In this document: in pieces, positions 27,194 through 41,978 of the stretch
How the letters are laid out: each line of letters begins with the position of its first letter
How positions within the stretch are numbered: the first letter of the stretch is position 1
Made by a program: the position numbers and the translations under genes
Notes under the pieces: generated by a model
Told to the model about the DNA's origin: nothing
Database searches by the model: none
The model's input: only the letters and a program-made list of their open reading frames with translations
Assembly (NCBI GenBank): GCA_964016885.1
Contig: OZ024742.1
Span: 243,040,001-243,104,000 of the forward strand
Reading direction: 5' to 3'
Origin: Eledone cirrhosa
Taxonomy: Eukaryota
DNA length: 64,000 nt

Positions 27194-27225
<32 letters not shown>

Positions 27226-27247
27226 TGATATATATATATAATATATA

Positions 27248-27305
<58 letters not shown>

Positions 27306-27321
27306 CATATATGTATATAGA

Positions 27322-27482
27322 TGCGAATTGGCAGAGTCGTTAGAACGTGGATAGAATGCTTTACGGTATTGGTTCCGGCTCTCTCTGCTCTCTGAGTTCA
27401 AATCCCGCGCACCGCCGAGGTCAACTTTGCCTTGCATCCTTTTGAGGTCGATAAAAAAGTACCAGTCTAATACTGGTGTCGG
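27322..27482 (+). mobile_element. tRNA-derived Nin/Deu-like SINE
   Basis: TGGCAGAGTCGTTAGA head, GAGTTCAAATCC, core GCCTTGCATCCTTTTGAGGTCGATAAA. Confidence 0.75.
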
Positions 27483-27495
27483 TTATTCCTCATTT

Positions 27496-27595
<100 letters not shown>

Positions 27596-27911
27596 ACTCT
27601 CTCTCTCTCTCTCTTTCACTCTCTATCTTTCTCACTATCTCTCACTCTCACTTTCTATCTTTCTCTGGAAGAAATCTGGTGTACTCAGGCCTGGAGGGGC
27701 TCTGCCAGGATTAAAATACCCCAGAAACGCCGTATGTCAATACGGTACCCCTACGGCTCTATCAGGATTCACAGGACCACACACACCACCCAGTTCCTGC
27801 TATTTCAAGCGTTCACCTAATATATTCCTTCCATATACTGTACCGATTGTTTTGTTATTTCTGTTTACCTTTTACGTATATGTATATATGGTGTACATAT
27901 ATATGTATATG

Positions 27912-28002
<91 letters not shown>

Positions 28003-28905
28003 ATCCCACGATTGGCTCTTGAAAAATAAAAACAGATTTTTCACACAAATTTGATATGTTAGTTCCGAATAGTTTACTTTATTTTACATATGTAAATCTT
28101 AACGTGACTGATTATTTAAGCGTAAGCATACAACTAAACATATCGCTCTATGAACGAATGATAATAAATGGTTAGTTTAGATATGAGCCTCTTGCATGAT
28201 ATCTTCACTAATTCAGAAGTTTTGGGTTAATCATCTTATCTTCAGAGTTACACTAACATACTCTAATCATTTAATTTTACTATCTCTGGATTATAAGTAT
28301 TCGAGAATAGCTGTTGTAAAGCGATAGTGATCCCATTCATAAAACTTCTCAGATTCCATACACCAAATTATTAAATTGACCTCAGAGATTTATACTAGTT
28401 AAACGGTTTAGTTATATCTGCATAAGCTGGGGGGGGGGGGGGGTAGCAAATAGGATAGAATAGTACAGAAATCATAATACTCGAAAAACGCCAAGAGAAA
28501 TATTTCCTGTTCGATAATTCTACATTCTTGCTCTGAAAAGTGTTCTTAGTCGGAAAGTCAGAATGCCCAGCTAATAGTATCATATATATATATATATATA
28601 TATATTGATGAATTATCCTATTTCTAATTCTTCATTTTAATTTGTATATCACATTTGCAACAACACAGCACGCCATTTTTCATCATTATATATATATATA
28701 TATAATTGGAAATCAGTAAAATCGAATCTCTGGCGGTTTGCAAGTAAATTCGGCCTACTTATATGAAATGATGAGTTAGCAAAGCACTCGATAAGATAGG
28801 ACCTCAGAGTAATAACATACGTTTAAATAGCTTGACAAATCGAACATTGTGGTAGGGGAAACTAACACACAATACATACCAAAGTAACGATAGAACTAAT
28901 CAGGT

Positions 28906-28955
<50 letters not shown>

Positions 28956-28957
<2 letters not shown>

Positions 28958-29390
28958 TTCTGAATTTATTTAGCAAGATTCTTTATCTGAAAACGTGAGT
29001 TGAAACCGATATTGTTATACTTTGGGAGGGTCGTGTTGCTAATAAGAAACACACGCACCAGTTGCTTTCACTCCAATTTATTATAAATTAAATTTATAAA
29101 TTTAAGAATTTATAAATTTCCGGTTGGTTGGTTTAACAAGATGGCGTAGGACAGAACAAAGAAGAGGCACAAAACAAAGAGAAGAATCCCCAGTCACTGA
29201 AGAGGTCACAGAATATGTGACGAAAGAACTTTGACAATATATGAACAACCATCCGGTTGTGGAACCAACCAACCAACCGGAAATTTATAAATTCTTAAAT
29301 TTATAAATTTAATTTATAATAAATTGGAGTGAAAGCAACTGGTGCGTGTGTTTCTTATTGGCAACATGACCCTCCCAAAGTATAACAATA
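28956..29390 (+). mobile_element. Fold-back Penelope-like pLTR unit between (TA)n tracts
   Basis: About 124-bp inverted arms 29010-29133 and 29267-29390 enclosing a hammerhead. Confidence 0.82.
29193..29235 (+). ncRNA. Minimal type I hammerhead ribozyme
   Basis: GTCA-CTGAAGA-gGTCAC-agaatat-GTGAC-GAA-AGaaCT-T-TGAC. Confidence 0.78.
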
Positions 29391-29613
29391 TATATATATA
29401 TATATATATGGTGGTATTTATATCTTTTCTGGTGGTAGGAGAGGGTGGGGATTGGGATGGGTGGAGGTCGTTGGTTGATGGATTTAAAGGTTAATGGATG
29501 AAAAGGAGTTCATTAAAAGCTAATTCTTTAAAGCTATAATTTATATTAACAAAGGCAGAAAGAATACTGTAAAGAGGTTCAAATTGGAATACCAAACCTT
29601 ATTTGTCTCTTAC

Positions 29614-29916
29614 ACTAATAATTGTTTCTAAGTTTGGCACAAGGCCAGCAAATTACCCAGTGCATGACTGGTACTTTATTTTATCGACCCCGTAAGGCTG
29701 AAAGGCAAAGTAAACGTCGGCGGGATTTGAACTAATAATTGTTTCTACTTTAGGCACAAGGCCAGCAATTAACCAGTTCATTACTGGTACTTTATTTGAA
29801 AGCTTTGAACTAATAATTGTTTCTACTTTTGGCACAAGGCCAGCAATAACCCAATACATTACTGGTACTTTATTTTATCGACCCCGTAAGGATGAAAGGC
29901 AAAGTTAACCTCGGCG
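29614..29916 (-). mobile_element. Three tandem truncated SINE copies
   Basis: ACTAATAATTGTTTCTA..GGCACAAGGCCAGCAA repeated at about 29614, 29731 and 29809. Confidence 0.8.
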
Positions 29917-30048
29917 TAATGCCTGTAAGTTAGGTGTCTACAGGATGGGTGGGGTTCATTGGTTTAAAGAAAAGGGAAAATCTTTAGAAGCTAATTCTTT
30001 ATGGCTGAAATAATGAAACAGTTCTAGTCCTGTAGAAGCTTTTCCATA

Positions 30049-30123
<75 letters not shown>

Positions 30124-30347
30124 CCCATTTGATAGCTACCGAACGGAAATTCTAGGAGTGACCATTTTTTCCATGTTTCCTGTGTCACTCATATCTACCC
30201 CATACTAACTTTCAACGTGGCGATGCTTTGTGATGCTCTGACCCGGCCTTGTATATTCTGAGTTCAAATTTCGCCTGCACCCAGAAGTTACAACCTTCAG
30301 ATAAATAGTATTAGCAATGGAAAGACAAACGGAAACATTATTACTTT

Positions 30348-30530
30348 TGGTGGATTGGCAGTATCGGTAGAGAGTCGGACGCCATGCTTTCCAGCATAGT
30401 TACGTCCCTTTACGATCTGAGTTCAAATCCCGCCGAGGTTGACTTTGCCTTTCATCCTTACGGGGGTCGATAAAATAAAGTACCAGTAATGCACTGGGTA
30501 ATTGCTGGCCTTGTGCCTAAAGTAGAAACA
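30348..30530 (+). mobile_element. tRNA-derived Nin/Deu-like SINE with 11-bp TSD
   Basis: Full head and core; ATTATTACTTT at 30337-30347 and 30531-30541. Confidence 0.85.
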
Positions 30531-30890
30531 ATTATTACTTTGGTCCGATTAAACTGATTTCTTCATTTTTATTCACTTTTTTCTATGAACTCACATTTTT
30601 AAATATCTACAAGCTCGACCTCTATATGTCAGTGAGTGAAAAACCTTTCAACATCTATTTGCCTAATGAAGGGAAGACGATATTCGTAAACAGGATATCT
30701 AATCCGAATGCCGACAACATATTGGACTCCTATAAAGATATCCGAGGTTCAAGTGGTGTTAATAAACTGGGAGACGGGTTAAGTCTACCACCGAAGTACA
30801 TGAGATTTGAACTCAGAAGGCAAAGATCCGGAACAAATGTTAAGAAGCATCTGACGCTCTAGCGATGCTGCAACTCCACCTAGACATGTA

Positions 30891-32290
<1,400 letters not shown>

Positions 32291-32296
<6 letters not shown>

Positions 32297-33340
32297 TAAA
32301 ACATGTCTATAGAATCACAAGATAAAATATATACTATTTCCTCTCCCAATTAGCATAATTAACTATATAAAAAATCGAATAGACCAGGCTATACGAATGA
32401 GGTTTCTATGCAGGAATCTCCGACAAATAACCAAAACAAGCGCTTCGACGGAATATTTCGACAGCGTAATCGCCTAGATACAGTCAACTAAGTAGAATTA
32501 GGTTTAAAATAAACTATTTTATCTTGTGATTCTATAGACATGTTTTATGATTTATAGCTCTGATTGTTTTTCATTGAGCCAAAAAAAATTTTTCATTGAG
32601 CCAAAAAGTGACCAGTTGCAAAACACGTATGTGTATGTGTATGTGTATGTATATATATATATGTAAACTTTTATATGTAATAATCTCCCACTAGGTTGAG
32701 ATACAAATTTGGCTGTATTGTGCTGTGCTTTCTAGCAAATATGCCACCAGTCGTAAGCAACTACCACACCCCTTCCAACTTGACCGCGACTACGTCACGA
32801 TTTTTAGCCATTTTGAAATGAATTCTTGGCGCGATCGTTTTGGAAAATTTAATGTCTAGATATGAGCGAGCTTCCTGAAGAATCCGGCGCTCGAGTTTAT
32901 ATAATTATTATATAATTATTGGAAAACTCAAAACACGGACGAAACCATGGTAGAGGTATTTAAATGTATTCTATTTTCTCCTAGTTTATTTTAAACCCAA
33001 TTCTGCTTAGTTGACTGTATCTAGGCGATTACGCTGTCGAAATAGTCGATAAATATTCCGCTACGGCCGACGCAAAGCGCTACTTTCGGTTATTTGTCGG
33101 AGATTCCTTCATAGAAGCCTCATTCGTATAGCCTGGTCTATTCGATTTTTTATATAGTTAATTATGCTAATTGGGAGAGGAAATAGTATATATTTTATCT
33201 TGTGATTCTATAGACATGTTTTATGATATATAGCTCTGATTGTTTAATTTATTAATTTTTCATTGAGCCAAAAAGTGACCAGTTGCAAAACACGTATATG
33301 TATGTGTATGTATATATATATGTAAACTTTTATATGTATA
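32291..33340 (+). mobile_element. Penelope-like pLTR unit with inverted and direct partial duplications
   Basis: 32291-32510 is the reverse complement of about 32990-33230; 32513-32680 repeats about 33190-33340; related to 1300-1420 and 4100-4290; contains a hammerhead. Confidence 0.7.
32870..32957 (+). ncRNA. Type I hammerhead ribozyme with extended stem II
   Basis: GCTTC-CTGAAGA-aTCCG..GAGTTT..AAACTC..CGGAc-GAA-ACCATGGT-A-GAGGT; palindromic stem III, GUA triplet. Confidence 0.72.
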
Positions 33341-33361
33341 TATATATATATATATACATAT

Positions 33362-33452
<91 letters not shown>

Positions 33453-33563
33453 TAGAGAAGTGACACACGAGTTGATATATATAAAAAACAGTAAAAAAGA
33501 AAAAAAACACTAGAAAATGCTACACACACACACGCGCGAACACACATAATAATATTTATATGT

Positions 33564-33605
<42 letters not shown>

Positions 33606-33745
33606 GCACATATATACGCAACGTTTGTGCGTCCATCTCACGCGTGCCAGGGCAGGTCGCAGACCCATTGCCAGATTTTGTGGCACATGTACATATATAT
33701 ATGTATGTGTGTGTGTGAGAGAGAGAGAGATAGAGAGATAGAGTG

Positions 33746-33816
<71 letters not shown>

Positions 33817-33869
33817 AAAAGGCAAATAGAAATATATTATTAATATTACACTTGATATACTAGGAAAAG

Positions 33870-33909
33870 ATTTTTAACGTTTCGGACACTAGTCCTTCAT
33901 CAGACAAAT
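33870..33909 (-). ncRNA. Minimal type I hammerhead ribozyme
   Basis: Minus strand ATTTGT-CTGATGA-aGGAC-tagt-GTCC-GAA-ACGT-T-AAAAAT. Confidence 0.72.
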
Positions 33910-34147
33910 ACCTATACACACATAGATACATGATTAAACACACACAAACATATATATATGTGTGTGTGTCTGTGTGTCTGTGTGTGTGAATGTTTAATTG
34001 TGTATCTATGTGTGTGTGTACGTGCGTGTTTAATCGTGTATCTATGTGTATAGGTATATACATGTATAGGTATATACATATATACATCTATATTTATATA
34101 TGTGTGTATATGCGTGTCTCTGTGTGTGTGTGTGTGTGTGTGTGTCG

Positions 34148-34228
<81 letters not shown>

Positions 34229-34724
34229 TGTCTGTGTGTGTGTGTAAATAAATACATATAGGCTCTGTGAATGCGTTAGAACGTACATCGATATGTATGC
34301 ATATGCAGCTGTGTGTAATTGATATCAGAGATTGTGAGAAAAAGATAACGATAGGTAGGTAAACATGAAAAGTGATACTATCGTGTTACTAATCAGCTAT
34401 GATTAGTAAATGGTCCTAGATTTATATCAATGTAAATGTAGTAAATCTTAGTACATCTGTTTGTCATATACCACGAATAGTTTTCAGTGATTACTTTTTA
34501 ATTTCCTCCTTATTATTTTCCCTATGACGTGGGTGGTGTATTAGTATTAATAGAAGCGTTATAACGTCTGGCAAAATGTTCTCAGCTATCCTATCATTCT
34601 CTATACGCCAAGGTTACTTTATCCTTCAGAAGTTGATATAATAAAGTACTAGGACCGACTAATCGATTGTCCCCTCTCCTGCCGAACTGTTAACCTTGTA
34701 CCTGTTAGAAACTATTATTTTTTT

Positions 34725-34832
34725 AATCCCGCCGAGGTTGACTTTGCCTTTCATCCTTACGGGGTCGATAAAATAAAGTACCAGTAATGCACTTGGTAAT
34801 TGCTGGCCTTGTGCCTAGAGTAGAAACAATTA
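34725..34832 (+). mobile_element. 5'-truncated Nin/Deu-like SINE
   Basis: Core and tail nearly identical to the 30348 copy. Confidence 0.8.
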
Positions 34833-35733
34833 TTTTTTTTCTATGAGGAATAAACTTTGGCATTCCACTAAGTAATGATTCATCTTCAATCATTTTTAGT
34901 ATCGGAAATATATATACCTGCTTCTTGGATTTATGAAAGAAAAAAAAGGATGTTATCAAAACCAGTATTCAGAATTTGAGAATGATACATATTTCTACGT
35001 GGAAATATAGTTTGTTCAACTTTACCACTATACTAAAACATCAAAATCCGTACAGTTGTGGACATCTGATATAATTGAACTTTTAGCAGCCGAGACATCA
35101 TTCAGATACTGATTTGGACAGAACATATCTGAAGCATTTTACAGACTTCTCTCTACATTTATGTTAAGAGGGGCAACGTATTGCACTGAAAAATTATCTA
35201 TTTTAAGGATATAAAATATAATAGTTTGCAATTATTAAATCTTTTAGGTCTCCAAAGAGTATATTTTAGGGCTGGGAATTTGGCAAGTAAGAAATAGAAC
35301 ACAGATTTAGAACAAACAGTCGGGTTCTTCGAAGCGAACTGAAAATTCACGTTGATATTCTACTGTCCAGAGAAGCTATGCAATTTGTTATGGAAGAGGG
35401 GATATTAGAATTTAATAGTTACAGTTAGTTACTGCTTTTCTTAAATTCCTTAATCCCACATGCGTATAATTTGCTACACTGAATGTCAATAACCTTTTAC
35501 ATAAGAAATATATACGTTAGCACGCCCCAGCATATCATATGCATTTATAGGCACACAACACTGACACAAACAATATATATATATATATATATTCATATAA
35601 ATATATTTGTATGCATATGTATATATATATATGTATATATATATATGTATATATATATATATACATATATGTATATATATATATATATATGTATGTATAT
35701 ATATGTATATATATATATGTATGTATATATATG

Positions 35734-35790
<57 letters not shown>

Positions 35791-35793
35791 ATA

Positions 35794-35845
<52 letters not shown>

Positions 35846-35880
35846 TTTGTATGTATATGTGTGTATATATATATATATAA

Positions 35881-35997
<117 letters not shown>

Positions 35998-36265
35998 TGT
36001 ATATATATATATATATATGTATATGAAAGAAAGAGAGTGAGAGAATAATTCAAGAAACATGCTACGGAAAGCTTTACTATTCTATTGAATTTCCAGTGGG
36101 AAACACACCCAGTTTATGTTTACCAGGAGTCAAGAAGATTTATGCCCATTGCCCATACACCTGACGCAAGAGATTAAATCCATCGTCATACAATAGAGTT
36201 CTTATTTTCTGACATATCATACATATGTGAGCATATAAGTATCCTTATATATATATACATATATA

Positions 36266-36333
<68 letters not shown>

Positions 36334-36386
36334 CACATATATATATATATATAAAGATATATATATACAGATAGGCACGCACACAT

Positions 36387-36417
<31 letters not shown>

Positions 36418-36598
36418 CTTACATATATATATATCAAATGGAAAAACGGAGTTAAAGACTCGCATTAATCCCCTGTAATTTAATGAGCTCAAGGAATAAG
36501 TATATATATATATGTATGTGTGTGTGTCTGTGTGTGTGTGTACATGTTTAATTGTGTATCTATGTGTGTGTGTACGTGCGTGTTTATTCGTGTATCTA

Positions 36599-36673
<75 letters not shown>

Positions 36674-36899
36674 ACACACATATTTCTCAGTAAAATTAAA
36701 AAATCAAAAATATCTTTAATCGATTTCCAATCTTATTTAGGCCTCATCATAGAATATGTACATCAAACAAACATTCACATGGAAATACGTAACAGGAGGC
36801 TTTACAAATATTATCATATACTGTAATGTTACTGATATTGTTGTAGTAAATTGCATATTTAAGACCCCTTTGGTCACGAATGACAATGAGATTTGTACC

Positions 36900-37187
36900 C
36901 AGAAAGTTCCCTTCCGAGACACAAATCCAGACAAGGTTGTTTGTGGAAGACGACTAGTCGCCCATGCATACCTGTCTCCCCTCTCCATGCCACAGATGAT
37001 GTCAAAGGGAAAGGCAATGGCCGATACGGCTTGATACCAGTGACGTCGCAACTCATTTCTACAGCTGAGTAAACTGGAGCAATGTGAAAGTTACTTGCTC
37101 AAGAACACAACGCCTCACCCAGTCTGAGAATCGAACTCACAACCTCCCGATCGCAATCCCGAATGATCTAACCACCAATCCTTGCGC
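36900..37187 (-). mobile_element. Second tRNA-derived SINE family
   Basis: Minus strand GTGGTTAG...GTGAGTTCGATTCTC...GTGTTCTTGAGCAAG; similar to 51903-52020. Confidence 0.6.
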
Positions 37188-37269
37188 TTATTACATTTGG
37201 ATATTACTAGTATTTAATTTGATATATATTTAATTGCTCACTAACCAGTCGAAGTATAAGATAAAGATA

Positions 37270-37985
37270 CAGAGCTGATCAGTACTTGTTGAACACATCT
37301 TTGACTAACTCTAACTGTTTATCATTTCTTTTTAGATAAATGATGGTAGAAATCACTCCATTTCAGCAAATGAAAAGGCATACAGTAATCGCTGACTTAA
37401 AGGCAGAGCATGGCGATATAGAAATTTATCGTTTCCTGAATGTTGTTCAGTGGTCTGTTCTCAAAGTTCCCAAAGAGCTGGAAGATGCTAACGGGAATTC
37501 TACAGTACTAGCCAGGCGTAAAACGCTTTCTAAGGGTCTTAATACTATCAGAACATCCAAACGTATATGAAGGTGAAGACAATTATCGATAGAAAGTCAA
37601 TTAGCGCCATTGCTAAGAAACTCAAGGTTTCAAGCAATGCACACTATCAGAAGAATTCTACATGAGGACCTTCGATGCAAGTCCTAAGTGGTATGGAGAG
37701 ACCAATTCAAATATGCAAAGGCAAGGGATAACCATCTGATCTGCACAAAACATTTGTTGAGCAAGCTGGAACATCAAGACCCTGATGAGAAAAACTTTCA
37801 TTAGGACCAAAAGGTTAACCGAAGGAATGACAGATAGTTATGCAGAGATCTTAAGGATGTTCCAACGGTTATGAATACAAAGTTTCCTACAACTGTGATG
37901 GTTCTGGGACTCGTGAGCAACGAGAGATATGTCATGCCTCACCACTTCTTTCCTCGGAGCTTAAGGGACAATACTGCTGACAATA
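37270..37985 (+). mobile_element. Tc1/mariner-superfamily transposase remnant
   Basis: MKRHTVIADLKAEH..EIYRFLNV (HTH-like), DEKNF, TKFPTTVMVLGLVSNE..VMPHHFF; multiple stops and frameshifts. Confidence 0.75.
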
Positions 37986-38296
37986 TATGCCTATGCGTAA
38001 GTGTATGCGTGAATCTTATGAATACACACACATATGTACCGTATTTCCCAGCGCCGAAGACGCTTCGTCCTCAAGAACGCACCCTAATTTTGACAACCAA
38101 AAATTTGAAAAAAAATAATAAACAACTGGTAAATTTTTGAGACTTATGTTAGGAAATTTATATCGCCAGGATATATATATATCATATTATTTTGCAATAA
38201 TAAAATTTTAAAGGAACATCACCAGTTCGGCTTCCTGTTGTTTTAATCAAACCTATATATATATCGAGACTACGACGAAAAATTAGGTAAATTTTG

Positions 38297-38369
<73 letters not shown>

Positions 38370-39455
38370 GTGCGTGTCTGATGTCTATAAATGTATATAT
38401 GAGAGGGTGGTAGTGTTTGCATGTGTTTTCGTGTGTGTACATGTGAACGTTTATCATATATCTATGTAGTGAATGTCCAAATAAAAAGATTATTACCCAT
38501 GATTTCGAGGTTTACACCAAATGCAATAATGTCGTTTTAGATTAGTGCATTCATGTGTGTCCTAATTCTGCAAGATTTAAACAAACTTTAACCAAACAAA
38601 AGGATATTGAGTTCTTTTCAAGTATTTGTTATCATTTACACTTGTTTCTGCATCAACCACTTAAAACTCCAGTGAATTTTTATTGCAGTGACTTTTCTCT
38701 TGTGTACTCATGTTTCATCCTAAACTTGTTAAGTGTAATTCAACCAAAAATATCGTAGGTGGAAGAAGAGAAATCAACGTTTGCAGTAATTCGATGTGGA
38801 GTGCTTTAAAGCTTGTTCTTGCGAAATACATTGCAAAAAAATACTGTCTTGTTTTTCACTGATATCAACCATCAAAAGACATCAGACGAATTATAATTGC
38901 TTGGTTTTCCGATAACCTATTTATTCACATACTCCTTTTGAATGTTGTTGAAACTGTTTCTATATCAAACTGATAAGTTGTGATCAAATAATTGTATTGC
39001 GACCTTTTGTTTTTGCATATTACTGAATAGTAAATACATGTTGTTATTTCACTTACGCATTTAGCTTTTAATTAAGTCAGTAATGCTGACCAGAAATCTT
39101 CATAATTATTTTTGTACATGTAAAAACCAATATCAGTTGCTTACAGCTAGCTTGGATAGACTATACTATCTGATAAGGTCAAGTAAGACCTAAACGTCGC
39201 GATATCTGTTTTATTTTGTTTGTTTGTTTTTTTGTTGTTTTTTTTTTCTTTTGCCTCAAAACAAGAATTAGATTTCCTCGTAAGCAAATACATTAATTTG
39301 GTTAAATTAATTCTCCAGTTCATGAAATTATAGCCACTTTTTCTATAACAGCCGCTAATAATTACTGCCGTGCAACTAAAAAGGAAATTTCAATTAATTT
39401 AGAAATTTTTACAGACGTGATTCAGCGTACCACCTCTTAACGTATTGATCTAAAT

Positions 39456-40254
39456 CAGAGGTTCTCAAGTTTGCGCTACCGCCCCCAGGGGGCATTGAGA
39501 AGGTCCAGGGGGCACTGGGACTGAAGGGGGCAGTGGGGGAGTGGTAGTGATGATATATTATAATAATTGCTTCTACTTTTGGCACAAGGCCAGCAATTAC
39601 CCAGTACATTACTGGTACTTTATTTTATCGACCCCGTAAGGATGAAAGGCCAAGTTAACCTCGGCGGGATTTGAACTCAGAATAGAAAGGGCCGTAACTC
39701 TATGAGTCAAAGCATGACGTCCGACCCTCTACCGATACTGCCAATCCACCGCCATGATATATTATAATAATTGTTTCTACTTTTGGTACAAGGCCAGCAA
39801 TTACCCAGTACATTACTGGTACTTTATTTTATCGACCCCGTATGGATGAATGGCAAAGTTAAACTCGGCGGGATTTGAACACAGAATGGCAAGGGCCGTA
39901 ACTCTATGCTAGAAAGCATGGCGTCCGACCTTCTACCGACACTGCCAATCCACCGCCCTATGATATATTATAATATGATATATTATAATAATATAATTAA
40001 ATATCAAACGATACACATTATATAAAATTAGTAACATGAAATATATAATACCTATTTATACATAGTATATATATATATCATTCATTATATAGTAATGCAC
40101 TGGGTAATTGCTGGCCTTGTGCCTAAAGTAGAAACAATTATATATAGATTAAAAATTTCATTTATATATTATTTAGAATTTGCGTGTAGGCAGGTATTTC
40201 TGGAAATAGAGGGGGTGAGGGTATTACGTAGCCACAAAAGATTGAGAACCTCTG
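39456..40254. mobile_element. hAT (Charlie-like) MITE with nested SINEs
   Basis: TIR CAGAGGTTCTCAA / TTGAGAACCTCTG; perfect 8-bp TSD ATCTAAAT at 39448-39455 and 40255-40262. Confidence 0.88.
39562..39957 (-). mobile_element. Two tandem full-length SINEs inside the MITE
   Basis: Two copies of about 195 bp, each bounded by ATGATATATTATAAT. Confidence 0.85.
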
Positions 40255-40692
40255 ATCTAAATTCACACCGTTGGCCCACATGAAGCATCTACCTTAACTC
40301 ATTTTATTTTTCAGTTTTGTGATATACATACACCATTTCTATTTGATTATTAATACGATGTACATTTTTTACCTTCTCTGTTGGTGCTCTATAGGGACAT
40401 TCCATTGTAGTAGTCATGTAATATTATAATGTTTGGGTATAACAATCTTTGAATATTTTGTTATGATAAATCATCATTATCATTCATTGTATTGATATAG
40501 ATCACAATTATACCATCACATGTAAGATTAATTCATTCCTGAAGTCACGTTGAAGCAAGCGTTCTTTTACATCATTTTCTTATGATGTTCCATTGTGTAG
40601 CTCCAGATCAGCTATGGTCTCAAAAATGACTGTTCTTTCGGGAGTTGCTAATCCCATTTGTGTTATCAGATGACTCTTCGTGCCTTTATTGA

Positions 40693-41011
40693 CCGCCGAG
40701 GTTAGCTTTGCCTTTCATCCTTACGGAGTTGATAAAATAAAAGTACCAGTAATGCACTGAGGTTGATTTAATCGACTTTACCCTCCCCAAAATTGTTGAC
40801 CTTGTACCTAAATCAGAAAGCATTATTATGATCTGAATTGGCAGTATCGATAGAGTCGGACACAATGCTTTGAAGCATAGAGTTACGTCCCTTTATGATC
40901 TGAGTTCAAATCCCGCCGGGGTTAACTTTGCCTTTCATCCTTACGGGGTCGATAAAATAAAGTACCAGTAATGTACTGGGTAATTGGTGGCCTTGTGCCA
41001 AAAGTAGAAAC
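40693..41011 (+). mobile_element. Two tandem SINEs
   Basis: Cores at about 40700 and 40920; second copy flanked by CATT(A/G)TTATGATCT. Confidence 0.8.
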
Positions 41012-41381
41012 CATTGTTATGATCTCTAACGTCTCTCCTGTACGCTTGTAGCAGAGGTGGTTGTTATTGTTTATGCTGCTGTAGCAGCTGTAATATCCTT
41101 CATCTTTGCAGATCGTAGCTCTCCCCCCATGATGTAGGACTCTTTGTGGTGGATTGCCTCATCAATTGTTTAATCTTACCCTAGAACTGCAACTCAGTCA
41201 AAGAGACGAACTACGAGAAAACGTATTAAACAAAGAACTTGTGATATCTGTGTACATGATGCACAATTTTATGTATGACTAGACAGCCCGTGACCTGTTG
41301 GGTCATGTTCACTTAAAAATAATTTTTAAATAATTAAAATATACACAGACATGTATATGATGTAAAATGAAATTGGAGGGC

Positions 41382-41436
<55 letters not shown>

Positions 41437-41437
<1 letters not shown>

Positions 41438-41656
41438 CTGTGACCTATATACACTGGTCACAGACACACACACGTATACACACAAACATAGAAACCCTTC
41501 CTATTTAGCAGGCAATATTCGCTAAACACATCCTGTCCTAACACAAGTTATATGATACATATGACAAAATATTCAGTCATCAAATCTTAGCCTGATACGG
41601 TAATGCTGAATTCAATTATTTGAAGTCACCTGTTATAATTTCATTCAACAACACCA

Positions 41657-41741
<85 letters not shown>

Positions 41742-41978
41742 TTTCAATCCATTCTCTCTCTCTCAACCACTATCTCTTTCTCTATTTATGAAGGTACCCG
41801 TAAAAAACCCGTATCTCGGGGAACCGTACTCCGATTTACGTGAAACTTGTTTTATTCCATTCGTATTCCCATTTCAGGGGCGACTTCCTTTCAAAGTATT
41901 TTCCCATTATGCGCTGTTTTGTCTGTATTAAATTGCAGACAAGCACACAATCATAGAGTTTTAATAGATAGATAGATA
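41437..41978 (+). repeat. About 540-bp direct duplication, copy 1 (copy 2 at 49636-50170)
   Basis: Shared GTCTGTGACCTATATA...TCCTGTCCTAACACAAGTTATATGATAC...(CT)n...CAATCATAGAGT.TTAATAG. Confidence 0.85.

Noticed and set aside
37782-37795. CTGATGAGAAAA as a hammerhead core
   Set aside because: No stems; it encodes the DEKN motif of the transposase remnant.
38038-38140. Tc2/pogo-like TIR (TA-CCGTATTT)
   Set aside because: Only one end is visible; no partner TIR found.
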